A DNA stretch of 62,906 bases, the filler included, from Octopus bimaculoides (taxonomy: Eukaryota), in assembly GCF_001194135.2 (NCBI RefSeq). It is 7 parts of 6 records of this genome, joined end to end, with 100 filler letters (N's around TTAATTAATTAA, not from the genome) between each part and the next. Parts side by side here need not be neighbours in the genome. Positions count along the whole stretch, not along the records: positions 1 to 26,746 come from NC_068983.1; 6 more parts are not named here. One strand, given 5' to 3'. The notes beneath the pieces are model-generated. The model ran no database searches. It saw only the letters and a program-made list of their open reading frames with translations, and had not been told where the DNA came from. Each line of letters opens with the position of its first letter. Positions within the stretch are counted from its first letter, which is position 1. Both the position numbers and the translations under genes were made by a program. Below are positions 1 to 12,972 of this stretch, piece by piece.

Positions 1-193
1 CTGTGCTTGTACCCCTAGAATCATTTGATGTTGCTGTGTTTACGTTCCCGTAACTTAGCGATTAAGCAAAAGACGTTGATAGAATAATTACTAGGCTTCG
101 TAAGAATAAATTCTGTGGTCGATTTTTTCGATCAACGACGGTGCTCCTACAGGGCCATAGTCACATGACTTAAACAAGTGAAACCCCAGAAAA

Positions 194-441
194 CTATGCC
201 ATTTTAATTCCGAGGAAGGGCTGGTATTTCTGCTCGTCTGAAATAAAGAGATGATTTTCTTCGTATATATCATATTAATTCCTATTAATACACTGAATTT
301 TTCAAAAATCTGCATAAAGATTGTTGTACTTACCTGACATACATAAGGATTTACCTTGGATTTGTATTCCACATACATTTACTGGTATCTTGTTGTGGGA
401 AATTGAACCCGCTTCCTTTATATTGAGTGCTTATTCGACAT
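194..441 (-). other. Candidate short intron (238-333) with flanking exon candidates
   Basis: Donor CAG|GTAAGT at 333 and acceptor ctctttatttcAG at 238 define a 96-nt intron; reading frame unresolved. Confidence 0.25.
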
Positions 442-502
442 CTGCCAAGATTGTTTAGTCCTATATTTTTTTCTTGTATATTTGTGTCCGGCATTCGCCA
501 TC

Positions 503-665
503 ATAGATCGGTAGCCACTACACATTCTTTATTTTCTCTCCTTGGATCTGTCTGTGTTCCTTTCTGTGGAAGATCATAGGCTCGAAACGTTAAAGTCTTT
601 TTCACTTCTCGAGTGTTATATTAATACATCTCTGTATTCACCACCTGTCTCCCTCTTTTGTTTAT
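503..665. repeat. Dispersed repeat (Penelope-terminal-repeat-like); inverted copy at about 31020-31195
   Basis: High similarity between the two copies in opposite orientation. Confidence 0.65.
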
Positions 666-686
666 TTTTGTGAATTATCCCCCCTG

Positions 687-746
<60 letters not shown>

Positions 747-3700
747 AACATATACATGCATACATGGGTACAGAACGTCATCAACTGTGTAAACAAAATG
801 AAGTACGGAAACAAACGTGTTAAATACGCAAACACCGAGAGAAACATAGAAAACAGGACAAATAAGCACAGGGAATTACCCTTCGTCAATTGTCGACTGT
901 ATATCTACTCCTCATTTCGAGCATTCAACGACAATATCAGTCTTCAAATACAGCTGCTCCCATGGAATCCAAAAACGGATTTTTGATTCATGGACGGTCA
1001 AAGTTTGGAAGAAAAACGGGACAGTGGAGATATACAAGGAAATCAATCGAAAACAAGCACGGAGGGTCCTTATATATATATATATATATATATATNNNNN
1101 NNNNNNNNNNNNNNNNNNNNNNNNNNNNNNNNNNNNNNNNNNNNNNNNNNNNNNNNNNNNNNNNNNNNNNNNNNNNNNNNNNNNNNNNNNNNNNNNNNNN
1201 NNNNNNNNNNNNNNNNNNNNNNNNNNNNNNNNNNNNNNNNNNNNNNNNNNNNNNNNNNNNNNNNNNNNNNNNNNNNNNNNNNNNNNNNNNNNNNNNNNNN
1301 NNNNNNNNNNNNNNNNNNNNNNNNNNNNNNNNNNNNNNNNNNNNNNNNNNNNNNNNNNNNNNNNNNNNNNNNNNNNNNNNNNNNNNNNNNNNNNNNNNNN
1401 NNNNNNNNNNNNNNNNNNNNNNNNNNNNNNNNNNNNNNNNNNNNNNNNNNNNNNNNNNNNNNNNNNNNNNNNNNNNNNNNNNNNNNNNNNNNNNNNNNNN
1501 NNNNNNNNNATATATATATAAGATAGATAGATAGATAGATAGATAGGTATGCACGTATATGTATGTATGTGTGTGTATAGGTATAAATATTTATGAATAT
1601 ATGTATGTATACATATATTTACACAAACTCTTCCATATACAAAGAGGCATATTACATATCCCTGTCTCATGCTGTCTCTCCTTGTCCCTCTGTCTCTCTC
1701 TCTCTATATGTGTGTGTGCGTGTATGTGTGGGTTTGCGTGTGTGCGAAAATGTGAGTGTCTGTGTACGTGTATAGGACGTACTTAAGTAGGCGTTGTTTA
1801 AAAATATCACCTTTTCACAGTTTCACAGTTTCGTTAATAATGTTTTCCATTAGAAATCTAACTGTTGAATCAGCTTCCACATTTTTATAGCCCATGAATA
1901 GAAAATGGATAGATTTTATTTGTGCGCCAGAGTTGAATCCTGGTGGTATCCATGCTGTTTTGGTGACTTTATGCAAGTGTGGTTAAATTTAGGAATACCT
2001 CAATTAAGGTAGTGATAACTATTTTAATAAGTAGAAAAGGGTTTCTTCGTTTCAACTTATGGAATGAAGAAAGAGGTGCCTCTTGCTCAAACTAGTGTTA
2101 CTGCTATGTGTCAATATGTCGAAGCTGATTCTGACTTGAAAATTAGATTTGTATGAATGAGATTAGGAATTGCAAATTAGATTTGCATGAATGAGATCAG
2201 ATGAAGGCAAAATGTAGCACTTCATAGTTGATACTTCTCGATGTATAGTGGTTTTATATTAGTGTGTGTGTGTGGAGTGGGGCTTGTGTCGTCTATGTAC
2301 TTTTAATACATTTCATGGATTAAACATTTTAAAAGATTTCTTCGAGCAAATTCATTTAAAATTTCCTTTCGTCGAAATTCCTACCAGAAATGTAAGTCTT
2401 CAGCATGAAACCGCTGAATTTAAATGAGGCTTCCTAATGTTATAAACTATTATACTTTGAAACGTTTTTTAATCACTGCGATATTCAGCCAGGTGGAAAG
2501 TAAATCCCGATCAACACGAAAAGTATGTACGCATGTGTATATGTACATATGCATTAAATATATGTATATATGTGTGTGTGTTAGTGCATATATATACATA
2601 TATATGTTAGTGCGTATATANNNNNNNNNNNNNNNNNNNNNNNNNNNNNNNNNNNNNNNNNNNNNNNNNNNNNNNNNNNNNNNNNNNNNNNNNNNNNNNN
2701 NNNNNNNNNNNNNNNNNNNNNNNNNNNNNNNNNNNNNNNNNNNNNNNNNNNNNNNNNNNNNNNNNNNNNNNNNNNNNNNNNNNNNNNNNNNNNNNNNNNN
2801 NNNNNNNNNNNNNNNNNNNNNNNNNNNNNNNNNNNNNNNNNNNNNNNNNNNNNNNNNNNNNNNNNNNNNNNNNNNNNNNNNNNNNNNNNNNNNNNNNNNN
2901 NNNNNNNNNNNNNNNNNNNNNNNNNNNNNNNNNNNNNNNNNNNNNNNNNNNNNNNNNNNNNNTAAGTTACGGGGATGTAAACACACCAGCATCGGTTGCC
3001 AAGCGATGTTGGAGTGACAAACCCAGACACACAAACACACACACATATATATACATATACATATATGCGATACGCTTCTTTCAGTTTCCGTCTACCAAAT
3101 CCACTCAGAAGACTCTGGTCGGTCCGAGGCTATAGTAGAAGACACCTGCCCAAGATGCCACGCAGTGGGACTGAACCCAGAGCCATGTAGTTGGTAAGCA
3201 GGCTATCTGCCACACAGCCACTCCTATATTAAAGGGATCATGAAATAACCTGCCCCAACACCATATAAAGAGACGCCAAAAGGCACTATAAGCTACTGTT
3301 AACTCTTGCCCATCCTGAACACAATATTCAAAGAAACATAATCACAGATATTTATAGATATATTTTAGTATATAATTTACCCACAAAGTTCTATCTTATG
3401 CTGGCGACTTGATAATGACGGCCAATGATTTCAATAGAATGTATATGCATTTCTTTAAATGCAGAGATAGAGAAAACTCTGCATCCTTTTCTCGCTGTGT
3501 CTGGAAATTTCTTGGTCTCCAGTACAAACCCCACCATTACCGAATGTATCATCATCAACAGGCTCTATCTTATTCACTGAATGTCCGCCACTGCCAACTC
3601 TGCCACCGAGGAACGCTGTACTGAATTGTATGCAGAGTTCATTACAGGGAAGCACCAACCGCCTTGCAACTGCTGCTCTTCTCGGTGAACTACAAGCCAC

Positions 3701-4772
3701 TAGCTATCAACAAACCAGATATATCACCTTAATACTAACTTCCACTTAAGCAATGGCAAGATACCTAGCAATCGATCCTGTACAGATCACTGACTGAATT
3801 TTCAGCCTTAAGCATTATCTGTAATCTCCTAACATTGTTCATATATATGAGCTTGTGCAAACATGCACACAGACACACACACATACATACGTTAATCTCT
3901 ATTTCCCCCTCTCTCTGTCTCCCTAACAATACCAAATCTCACTCCAGTAGCGAATCTCATGTCCCCCACAAATAATGCACTTACCACCATGTTATGCCAA
4001 GCACAACACATCAGCACATCGATCCACATACATGCCAATATTATATATGCAAACACTAGTGCATACAGCATTCGTTCTCATACACAAGAGACGTGCATAT
4101 ACACATTCACCAGATATAAACGCACACACGCACTCACACACACACGCACACACGTTCCTGCTCACATTGATTCATACAGATGCAGAAATGAGCATATTCA
4201 AGTAGGGAAGAACTCAAACGTTCATCTCATACACTCATGCGTGCATCCCAAACACGAACGCATACGAACATGCATATAGTAGGCACTTGTAAGTCATAAC
4301 GTAATCATTATCACCTGAACTGTATCTGAAGCATCGTTTCTCAGAGATTAACTTAAATTGCTGTACAGCAATATCGTGAATGTATTTCTCACGGAGTGTT
4401 AAGTGAGTAATTTCTCATAGACTAGTCTAGAATAAACAAATTACGTGCTATAACAATTCCTATATTTTAAATATATTCACGTATTTTATTGAAATCGTAT
4501 AAATTGTTTATTTCACAATCTTCATTTCAGGCATGAATCTAAATGTCATTTTTGTGAACACGTTTGAGGCTCGATCTAGCATTTTGTGTGATTAGAACCA
4601 CGAATCGTTACTCCAGCTACAGAATCATCAAATCTACACAAACAAAACCTAAATATAATTTAAGATGTATGACTAATCACAATCTGAATATTAATTTCCC
4701 ATGAAAAGCAATAGAGGGTAAACTATAAAAAAAATTCATCGTCCAATGTAGAGTCAATAGATGTATTTTAGA

Positions 4773-4902
4773 ACTAGAAAAGCACTCGGAGAGCACAGAC
4801 CTCCGCCAAGCAGCTGATTTCCACCTATATACACACATGCTGAAAATCGCCCAATTTCCCAAACCAAAACCGGCAAAAGCATGACCTCCTTGGCGGGGGT
4901 AA
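4773..4902 (-). mobile_element. Short non-autonomous Helentron/HINE-type element
   Basis: Subterminal inverted repeats ACC(C/T)CCGCCAAG...CTTGGCGGAGGT, then a small hairpin and terminal CTAGT on the minus strand. Confidence 0.55.
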
Positions 4903-5479
4903 AAAAAAAGATAACAGTCACTTTCACCACCACAACTAGTATAACTACTACAATATCACCATCACACAACTAACACTATCATCAACACCACTATTACCAC
5001 CTTCACCTCAGCGTCACACATCACACCGCTCCTGTCGCCATTATAACCACCGATACTATTTTATCCTCCTCCCATAGTTATCTCGACCATCGTCATCATC
5101 AACACTATCTGTTTTCACAATAATCACCGTCAAAATTACGATCACCACAATCAGTTTCTTTACACTGTTGAAAATGCATTATTCGATACTCTTGGGACCG
5201 CAATTGCTGCAAATGTTCGATTGTTCTAATTTCGGAGTTCTTTATAAAAAAAAAATTGCATCTACAAAACGGAACATTTTGAGGATAGAAATCAGGTCTA
5301 AACACAATAGCTTATAGACATACTCTGAATGTAGTTCTATATACATCTTTAATATATGTTTTTTTTAATACTTAAGACCATTAGGAATGTTAAGTTATCA
5401 GCCTCAACCCACGTTGTCATGCTTTGGTTAAAAGATTACAGCATAGATTAGATTACTTAGATAAGTTTCAGCCGAAGTT

Positions 5480-5937
5480 GACTCAGGCCATATCTAATTT
5501 AATAGCACCACCTGGAAGAGATACGCAGTCAGTTCTGGGGAGCCGTAGACCATTCAAGCAGAGGGCTATTGTTTTTAGAGACATATCTGGGTGTGGGTGG
5601 TTTATCTGGTTTTTGTTGGGGACAATCATCTAGGGACCGTTTGAATGCCGTGAAGTCACTTTTTTCCTTTATTTTGTGTCTGGCACGATGTTGAAGAGAT
5701 CAGGGCCAATTGAGGTGAAATAGTTCTGTCATAGTGTTGTGAAACGACACGAACATTTCTGTAGTGGACGGATAGCACGGGGGCCAAGCCTCGGACGAAT
5801 TTTAAAGATAGGCAATGTTGATGGAATATTTTCCACATCATACAGAATATATAGAGCTCATAGCGGCGGTGGAGGGAGCAAAGCCTCAGCATTTTCAGTC
5901 GATCCCAATATTCAAGGCATGTCATGTCATCCGCCAC
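5480..5937 (-). mobile_element. CR1/L2-like LINE 3' fragment
   Basis: LEYWDRLKMLRLCSLHRRYELYIFCMMWKIFHQHC resembles the post-RT L..RR motif of CR1-type LINEs; frameshifted. Confidence 0.7.
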
Positions 5938-5939
5938 AG

Positions 5940-6316
5940 ACCTCCGCCAAGCAGTTCATTTTAAGATCTTTACGCGAGTAAAATTACTAATAGACGAACA
6001 AAAATAAACTTTGGAATCAGCAACGCCACCTTAGGTTACGTGGAAACGATGAACGTGTTTTCAAGGGAGATAATTAAAGAAAGTAACGTAATACTTCATG
6101 TACAATAGATATAACAAATGAAAAATCCTTCAAGAATCCATGCAAATTCCCGGATCACTACCAAAATTTCATCATATGTTCCTTGCGTCATTACCAACTT
6201 ATTCTGCACCTTTCATCAAATACCGTTCACAACTTTTGAGTTATTTAGCACACATACAGACTGACGGACAAACCAATACAGATGAAAACATAACCTCCTT
6301 CCTTGGCGGAGGTAAT
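5940..6316 (-). mobile_element. Longer copy of the same Helentron/HINE-type family, lacking the 3' hairpin end
   Basis: ACCTCCGCCAAG at 5940-5951 and CTTGGCGGAGGT at 6302-6313; the minus-strand start resembles the 4773-4902 copy. Confidence 0.55.
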
Positions 6317-7319
6317 AAAGGAGAAACCTTTACAATTCTCATACAGATATCACATATATACGTGTACATCATGTAGAAAGAGAACAAAAAATGACACGTC
6401 TTATTCAAAATGGCTTTCTCATTCTTTTGTCTTAAAGGAAGATAAAAATCAATTTTTCTATAAAATAGACTTCAATTACGGTATTAGGCGTGTTATGAAT
6501 GTAGGAGAAAATGATATTCATATTCAATCAAAATGATAAAGACGAAGAATGAAATCGTTGCATATTATTATTTTTTTTTTTTTCATGTCATGAATTACTA
6601 ATGTCAGCTGTATATTTTTGAAGTTACTGAATTGCAGACTCATTGAGTCAAGAGAGGGTAGTTAGGTCACGGAAAAAAATTATACATAGAATATATGCAT
6701 AAATATGAATTTCCTAAATATTCAGTAAAATGCGACTTTTGGCTGGATTTTTGCTTCTCCTTTTCTTTTCACTTTTTAGCTAGTGAACTACCACCCTTTC
6801 CATATATGCATAATTTGCGTTCACCAGCCAAGTACAGAGGACCCACTGTTATCTTCCATGAGTTGGTTGTTCTTTTCTTTTAAATCATAGATCAGTATTT
6901 TATGATTCCCCGTTTTCTGTACGCTTATGTCTGTGTCCGTCTCGATTCACTCAATCCCTTTATTCCTCACATATACTTCCCCTCAATCTCTCAGAATTAG
7001 CGTCAAAACATGTCACGCAGCAATACACTGCGCATTTCTGTTTCCATGTATGGTAATAGTGTATGACAGGCCTTAAAACAACTTGTCATGCACCGAACAA
7101 TTGTGAGGATAGGTGTAACACACAAGGATGGTTCTCAATATTCTAGGACAAAGAATAGAGCTGAAGAAAATATTAAAACATTCCACCTTAGATGTTGATA
7201 CACGTGAGTCTCGGAAGCATTATATCATGCTACTTAAACCGAGTGTATGGATGTATGTTATGATCAAGCAAATCTGCTGTATCATGGCCAATCTTTTACA
7301 CGAAGACAAAACGTGTGCA

Positions 7320-8830
7320 TGATAATAATTGCCATCAGTGGGCCCTTTTAAGTCTCCTTTCTGCAGCCATTGCCAGGTTCTATTCGAATCAATCTCATCT
7401 TCATTCTTCAAGAACTGATTGTGCTTGTGCCTGTCTTGTCAAATTTTCTTCAACTCCTCTCTCTAGCTTTTCTTAAATTGTGTTAGATCGACGGCTTCGT
7501 TCACTATTAAGTTTTCCTGCATTTTCACTGCTTCAATCATTTCTTCTTTACTCCCCTTGACATACCAAGTCAGGCTATTCTCCTCTTCTCTTACACAACC
7601 TTCACAACCTTCACAACCTTCACAACGTCCTCTTTACATGCAGTCTTGACACATCAATCTTCGGGTGTAGTTCCTTGCTCATTGACATTAATTTACCTAT
7701 TCTCCGGTCTATCTCTTGTAATTCGTGCTTCTTCCAAGATACTATTCCTGCCCCATATCTCATCAAAGCAACCGCCCATGTGTTAATTGCTCTAATCTTA
7801 TAGTGGCCATTTAGCTTCGATTGGAGCACAAGCCGAATTCTCTTCAAATACTCTTTCCTGTACATTTCTTTCATCTTGTGTTCATTCATCATATCTCTTT
7901 CAATGATACCCAAGTACTCATATCCTTGCTCTCCGACTACTTTTATAGTTTCACTATTTTCGAGCTTGATCCTATGGTTTTTATTGATTTCCCCCCTTTT
8001 GAGAATCATTAAACCACCTTTCTCGATCCCAAATTCCATGCCAATATCTTTGCTAATCATCTGCACAGTTGCCGTTAAACTTTCAGTTTCTTTCTCAGTA
8101 TTAGCGAAGGCTTTAGGTCATCCATAAACCACAGGTTGTTTATTTTCACCCTGTCTATCATGTATCCCCCAAGATCTTTCTTAAAACGCTCCTTAATGGT
8201 AGTATGCAGACAAAAACTAGAAGAGGCGACAGATTGTACCCTTGAAAGATTCCTCTTTTGATATTTACCTTACCTAGCTTATCTCCCCATGATGCGAGTT
8301 CAGTTCGCCACGTTGTCATTGAATTTTGTATTAACTTCAGGATACTGTGGGAGATCTAAAGCAGTTTAAGTCATTCAATAATGAACGAGTGTGAGACCAT
8401 GTCATATGCTTTCCTTTTGTCCACCCATGCCATCGCCAAATTTGTATGTCTCTTCTTGCAGTCAGCCAGGGTAGTCTTATCGTTTAGTAATTGATCCTTC
8501 ATCTTCTAGTCTTGCGGTTACATTGTTTTTGTTCCACTGGTAGTAGGTCGTTCTCATCTAGGTACGTATAGATGCTGTTTGATATAACGCACTTCATCAG
8601 ATTCCACATCAGTGACAAACAAGTTACTGGTCGGATATTTCAACCGCATTCACTTTATTTGGGGCCTTCTGGCATAGTACCGTTCTTCCTTTTGTCCTCT
8701 ACGCCGGTAGTTTTATGTCACTACTCCGTATTTCGTCCATCTATCTCGCAATTCTCCTGTGCAGATCTGCCAAGTTTTAAGCCAAAAGCCCAGAACCCCA
8801 TCTGGGCCATGCGCTTTCCAGTTAGGAATT
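7320..8830 (-). mobile_element. Degenerate R4/Dong-like (REL-endonuclease) non-LTR retrotransposon RT region
   Basis: NWKAHGPDG, RPVTCL, KAYDM, MDDL-like, DIGMEFGIEK, YEYLGI and AINTWAVALMRYGAG motifs with stops and frameshifts. Confidence 0.9.
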
Positions 8831-11574
8831 TCCCTGCACTTATCTGTACAATTTCTTTCAAATATCATTTGAAGACGAAAGTGGGGATATAGTGGGAGGT
8901 TCTAGTGCGATTGTTGAAAGGTGGACGTGATTGACATTACTGATGACACTGCATTGATTTACTGTGTGTATACTTTTCTAATACTGTAACAGAGAAGTAA
9001 TAGAAAAGAAACTGTAATAGAAAAGTAATTCGTGACTTTTGCGTGCGTTTTACCCTAAGTGGGTAGCCCCGCTTTTGGAGATTCTGTTTATGCATTGATT
9101 ATTTATTTCTTTAATATANNNNNNNNNNNNNNNNNNNNNNNNNNNNNNNNNNNNNNNNNNNNNNNNNNNNNNNNNNNNNNNNNNNNNNNNNNNNNNNNNN
9201 NNNNNNNNNNNNNNNNNNNNNNNNNNNNNNNNNNNNNNNNNNNNNNNNNNNNNNNNNNNNNNNNNNNNNNNNNNNNNNNNNNNNNNNNNNNNNNNNNNNN
9301 NNNNNNNNNATATATATATATATATATATATACATACACACACATATATGTGTGTATTATGTATGTATGTATGTATGAAGGGAATGCATGTATGTAAGTA
9401 TAGGCATATATATGCATACATACTCTCAGGCGTATATTTGCTTATTTAGATGATATTTATAACAATAATCCGGTTTCATTCTATATTGAATGCATCAAGT
9501 TTCAATGACAATGAAGCGTCAACTCTCACACAATAGCACTATGCATGTGTTATGTATTAATTGATTTCTAACACATGAGACATGTCCTTGACACAATTCC
9601 GCATTGAATATAATTGTACAAATGATAATTACGTTGATGCGCAACAGTTCTCATTGTAACTACTCTGGAAGCTATACTGTTAAGTAGTGTTTAACTACAC
9701 ACCCTCTTACACATGTGTATACGCACGCCAACACACTGAATGTTAGTTGAAAAACAAAGACGTGGCAGGAGTTTATTAAACCGATCAACTTCCATAAACT
9801 ATACATTGAGGCACACGATTGAAGTGAATAACTTACGAGAACAATTGTGTCTAGACGAAATGCTATCTAATATAACACAAATAAAGAAATATTATCACAG
9901 ACAGCGAATATAACAGACAGTGGATATAAAGGTGTGCAATATTGACACTAATGATGACGGTAGACTCTCGTTGTCCGGGAAAATGGGCCTGCAATTTCTC
10001 GCTGAACAGCGTGCACAAATTATATGCATATCGAAATCAAACGTATATGCTATACATTAGCTCATTCCCTCTATCAAATCGATGTTACCTGAATAGGTGC
10101 ACAGTCTACTACATGTCAGATGTCGAAGTGATCGCAGAACCTTGTCAGATGAAGTGCTTTGCTGAAAAACACAATGCGCCACCTCGTTCGGACATTGAAA
10201 CCGATCGTAAGTGCAATATCTATCCGCTAGCCTATGCGCCCTCACGTATTGTCAGTACCTTTTCATAGTAAGACTTGCGCTATTCTCTATTCGGTTTAAC
10301 AGATTCGAGATGTATGTGTATTTAAATAGAATTATAGACGGTAATGATAGTACCACTGGAGTAACTAACACAATATTTCTGGGATTCAGGTGCTTCTTCT
10401 CATATATATATATATATATTGTTCACATTTTTTTATGGTCGGTTTAATAATACTTCCTTCTAATGAATGTACAATTTCATTGATATTGAAAATGGTCCAC
10501 TGAACCAATGCAATGCTAGAAATATTTCATTTCATAAAAGTAAAGAATATATGTAGTTAATTACACTGTTCATTATGTTAATGAGGAACTGTGGGCTGTG
10601 GGACGCTTAATGGTAAACTGAAGAACATTAAGCTCTTACTGTCAAGGATATTAGTATAATAATAGAAGAGTAAATTAAGTCATGTTAGTAAAGCACACAG
10701 TTTGAAAAGTAAAGACTTCGAAGAGGAATTAATATATAAAAGGAACATTAATATTACGAAACGAGAAGTTTCTTGTTGCAGCCGGCTTCTGGAATATATC
10801 ATAATACCAATGTGTATTCAATCACGTTGCAGCTGTTACATTTTAGCAACTGACAAAAGCAAGGAAGTAAATGGGTATTAAACGATCACCCACCCGCAAA
10901 ATTGCCTTGCTAAGTGCAGCTATGTTAATTTGTATAAGGAAATTTTGCATTTAGATTAAACTACACGCTGCATGGTATTTTATTTAGAGTGGTGTATATT
11001 ATGCTTAAATATGCCGAGAAATATTGATTCACTATATATTTAAAGAGGTTACTGAATAATAGGTTAGTGACTCAATGGCTCAGTATAGGATGATACACGT
11101 GAATTACCTTACTAGCAAAGTAACAAAAAGGATAGATCTCACCATATTAGCAGCTATTTAAAATTAGATATAGCTTTGGATATTGTCAGGTTCGCATTAT
11201 TTTATTGAGAATGAATGTGCTACTAATGAGAGAAATAGTTCAAAGATTAACTTCATGAATGAGAAAACGGCTTCGTATTTCAGTAACATACATCGATTCT
11301 AGCAAATATTAAATGAACAACAGATCACACGTCGCATGCAAATAGCCATCTCGAGTAATTCGTTTTACTGATATATAATAAGGAGATAGGAGAAGAATAA
11401 GGATTATTATGAAATGATACTTAGGCATTTACATACGTTAATGTGATATATATTTATGGCATGACTTTACTTAAATAGTGACTTCATCATCGAGCATTAA
11501 TAATATTAATACTACTACTACTACTAATAATAATAATAACAACAACAACAACGATGACAACGACAACAACAACA

Positions 11575-11868
11575 ATGTTCCACATTATTGGATACTCAAG
11601 TCTCTTGAAATATATAAGATCTCTCCTGTCATCTCCAAATTTTTACAAGGTAGTATGGCCAAGTGGAATGCACGTCACCTTTTAAACCATAGTAATAAGA
11701 TGAACCAAGCTAACTTGAACATCAAACGACGCATCTTTCAAGGGGACTCCCTCTCCCCATTACTCTTTCGGATGACACTGTTCCCACTCTCAAACGAACC
11801 CAATAACACCAGGTATGGGTTCAAAGTTTACATACGACAATAAACCATGGGTTTTACAGGGACGATCT
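11575..11868 (+). mobile_element. R4/Dong-like LINE RT fragment preceded by (TAA)n/(CAA)n
   Basis: VPHYWIL...IFQGDSLSPLLF...DDL-like. Confidence 0.85.
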
Positions 11869-12656
11869 GAATGCGCAGCTATTCGTGCATGACATTCACC
11901 AAATCTTTTGATCCAGTAGCCCTGAACTCCATCTGTTCCCGAGGCCTTCCAGTTGCTCCTTTTTTTTTCTTTGCTGATTTCCTTCACTTCCCTAACTGAA
12001 ATGACTAGTTCTACTTATTTTGGACAGACTACTGTTTATTTCAGTTCTCGCAACCATTCAACACTCTTCTTGTGCTCCTTGTCTTGCTCCAGATGTCACA
12101 CCAAAACCTTTGACTTTCAACGTTAACTGGTATCAACTTTTCATCTGTACACTCTCCATTTATTTCTTTATAGAATCTCTTCTGATCTAGCCTGAATAAA
12201 CTATTCTGGCGGTAACCCTTCATTTTGTGCCTGAAAAGCATCGAAAAATGCAATACGGTAGACAATTACAGGCCAATATCCTGTTTGCCATTTATGTGGA
12301 AGTTATTGACTGGAATACTCGCAGAGTCAATATACGAACATCTGACAAAAGATGGAGTCCTGCCACAAGAACAGAAGGGTTGCAAACATAAGTGCAGAGG
12401 TACCAAGGATCAGCGCCTGATAGAGAAAATTGTACTTAGAAACTGCAAGTGGAGGAAAACTAAATTAGCCATGTCATGGATCGACTATTGTAAGGCGTAC
12501 GATATGATCCAACATTCATGTATTATGGTGTGTATGAACCTATTTGGTATTGCATCAAATGTTGAGCAATTGCTTGGAAAAAATATGGAGAATTGGAGGA
12601 CCGACCTGACAGCATACAGAAGTTTAGAGATAGTAGAAATTAGGAGGGGCAACTGA
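11868..12656. mobile_element. R4/Dong-like LINE fragment with inverted 5' segment (11868-12225 minus; 12225-12656 plus)
   Basis: Minus: YRQNSLF..QKRFYK..FW..IW..NWKASGTDGVQGYWIK. Plus: [32 protein letters not shown]. Confidence 0.85.
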
Positions 12657-12932
12657 TCTTTGTACTGACGGCTTCATCCCTATTGTACTAAAAGTAATAA
12701 ACCTGTAGTAAATGCATTCTCGTCTCCACTCGTTTGTTTACGTTTAGCTTAACAAAGCTATACTCTATTATTTTCTGTTATACCAAGTGGTGACCTTATC
12801 TATCTTATTACTGGTCCTTCCTGTGCTGTTCTAAGATTTACTCCTGTACAGCTGGCAAGATCACTCTCTGTGATGGCTTCTTGCAGCAGATCCCCTTTGG
12901 AACTTACACTCTATGATGGAATCCTACAACAC

Positions 12933-12972
<40 letters not shown>

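Noticed and set aside
890-1670. Long ORFs spanning N runs and (TA)n/(CA)n/(GATA)n tracts here and throughout the track (YIYI, CVCV, LSIY, poly-D/I/L/N/M)
   Set aside because: They come from gaps and microsatellites without stop codons; no real protein features.
10089-10150. Apparent minus-strand exon VLRSLRHLTCSRLCTYS with CAG|GTAACA donor
   Set aside because: Lies within SINE-derived sequence.
11745-11775. QGDS motif as a possible Ser195 site
   Set aside because: It is the QGDSLSP motif of LINE reverse transcriptase on the plus strand.
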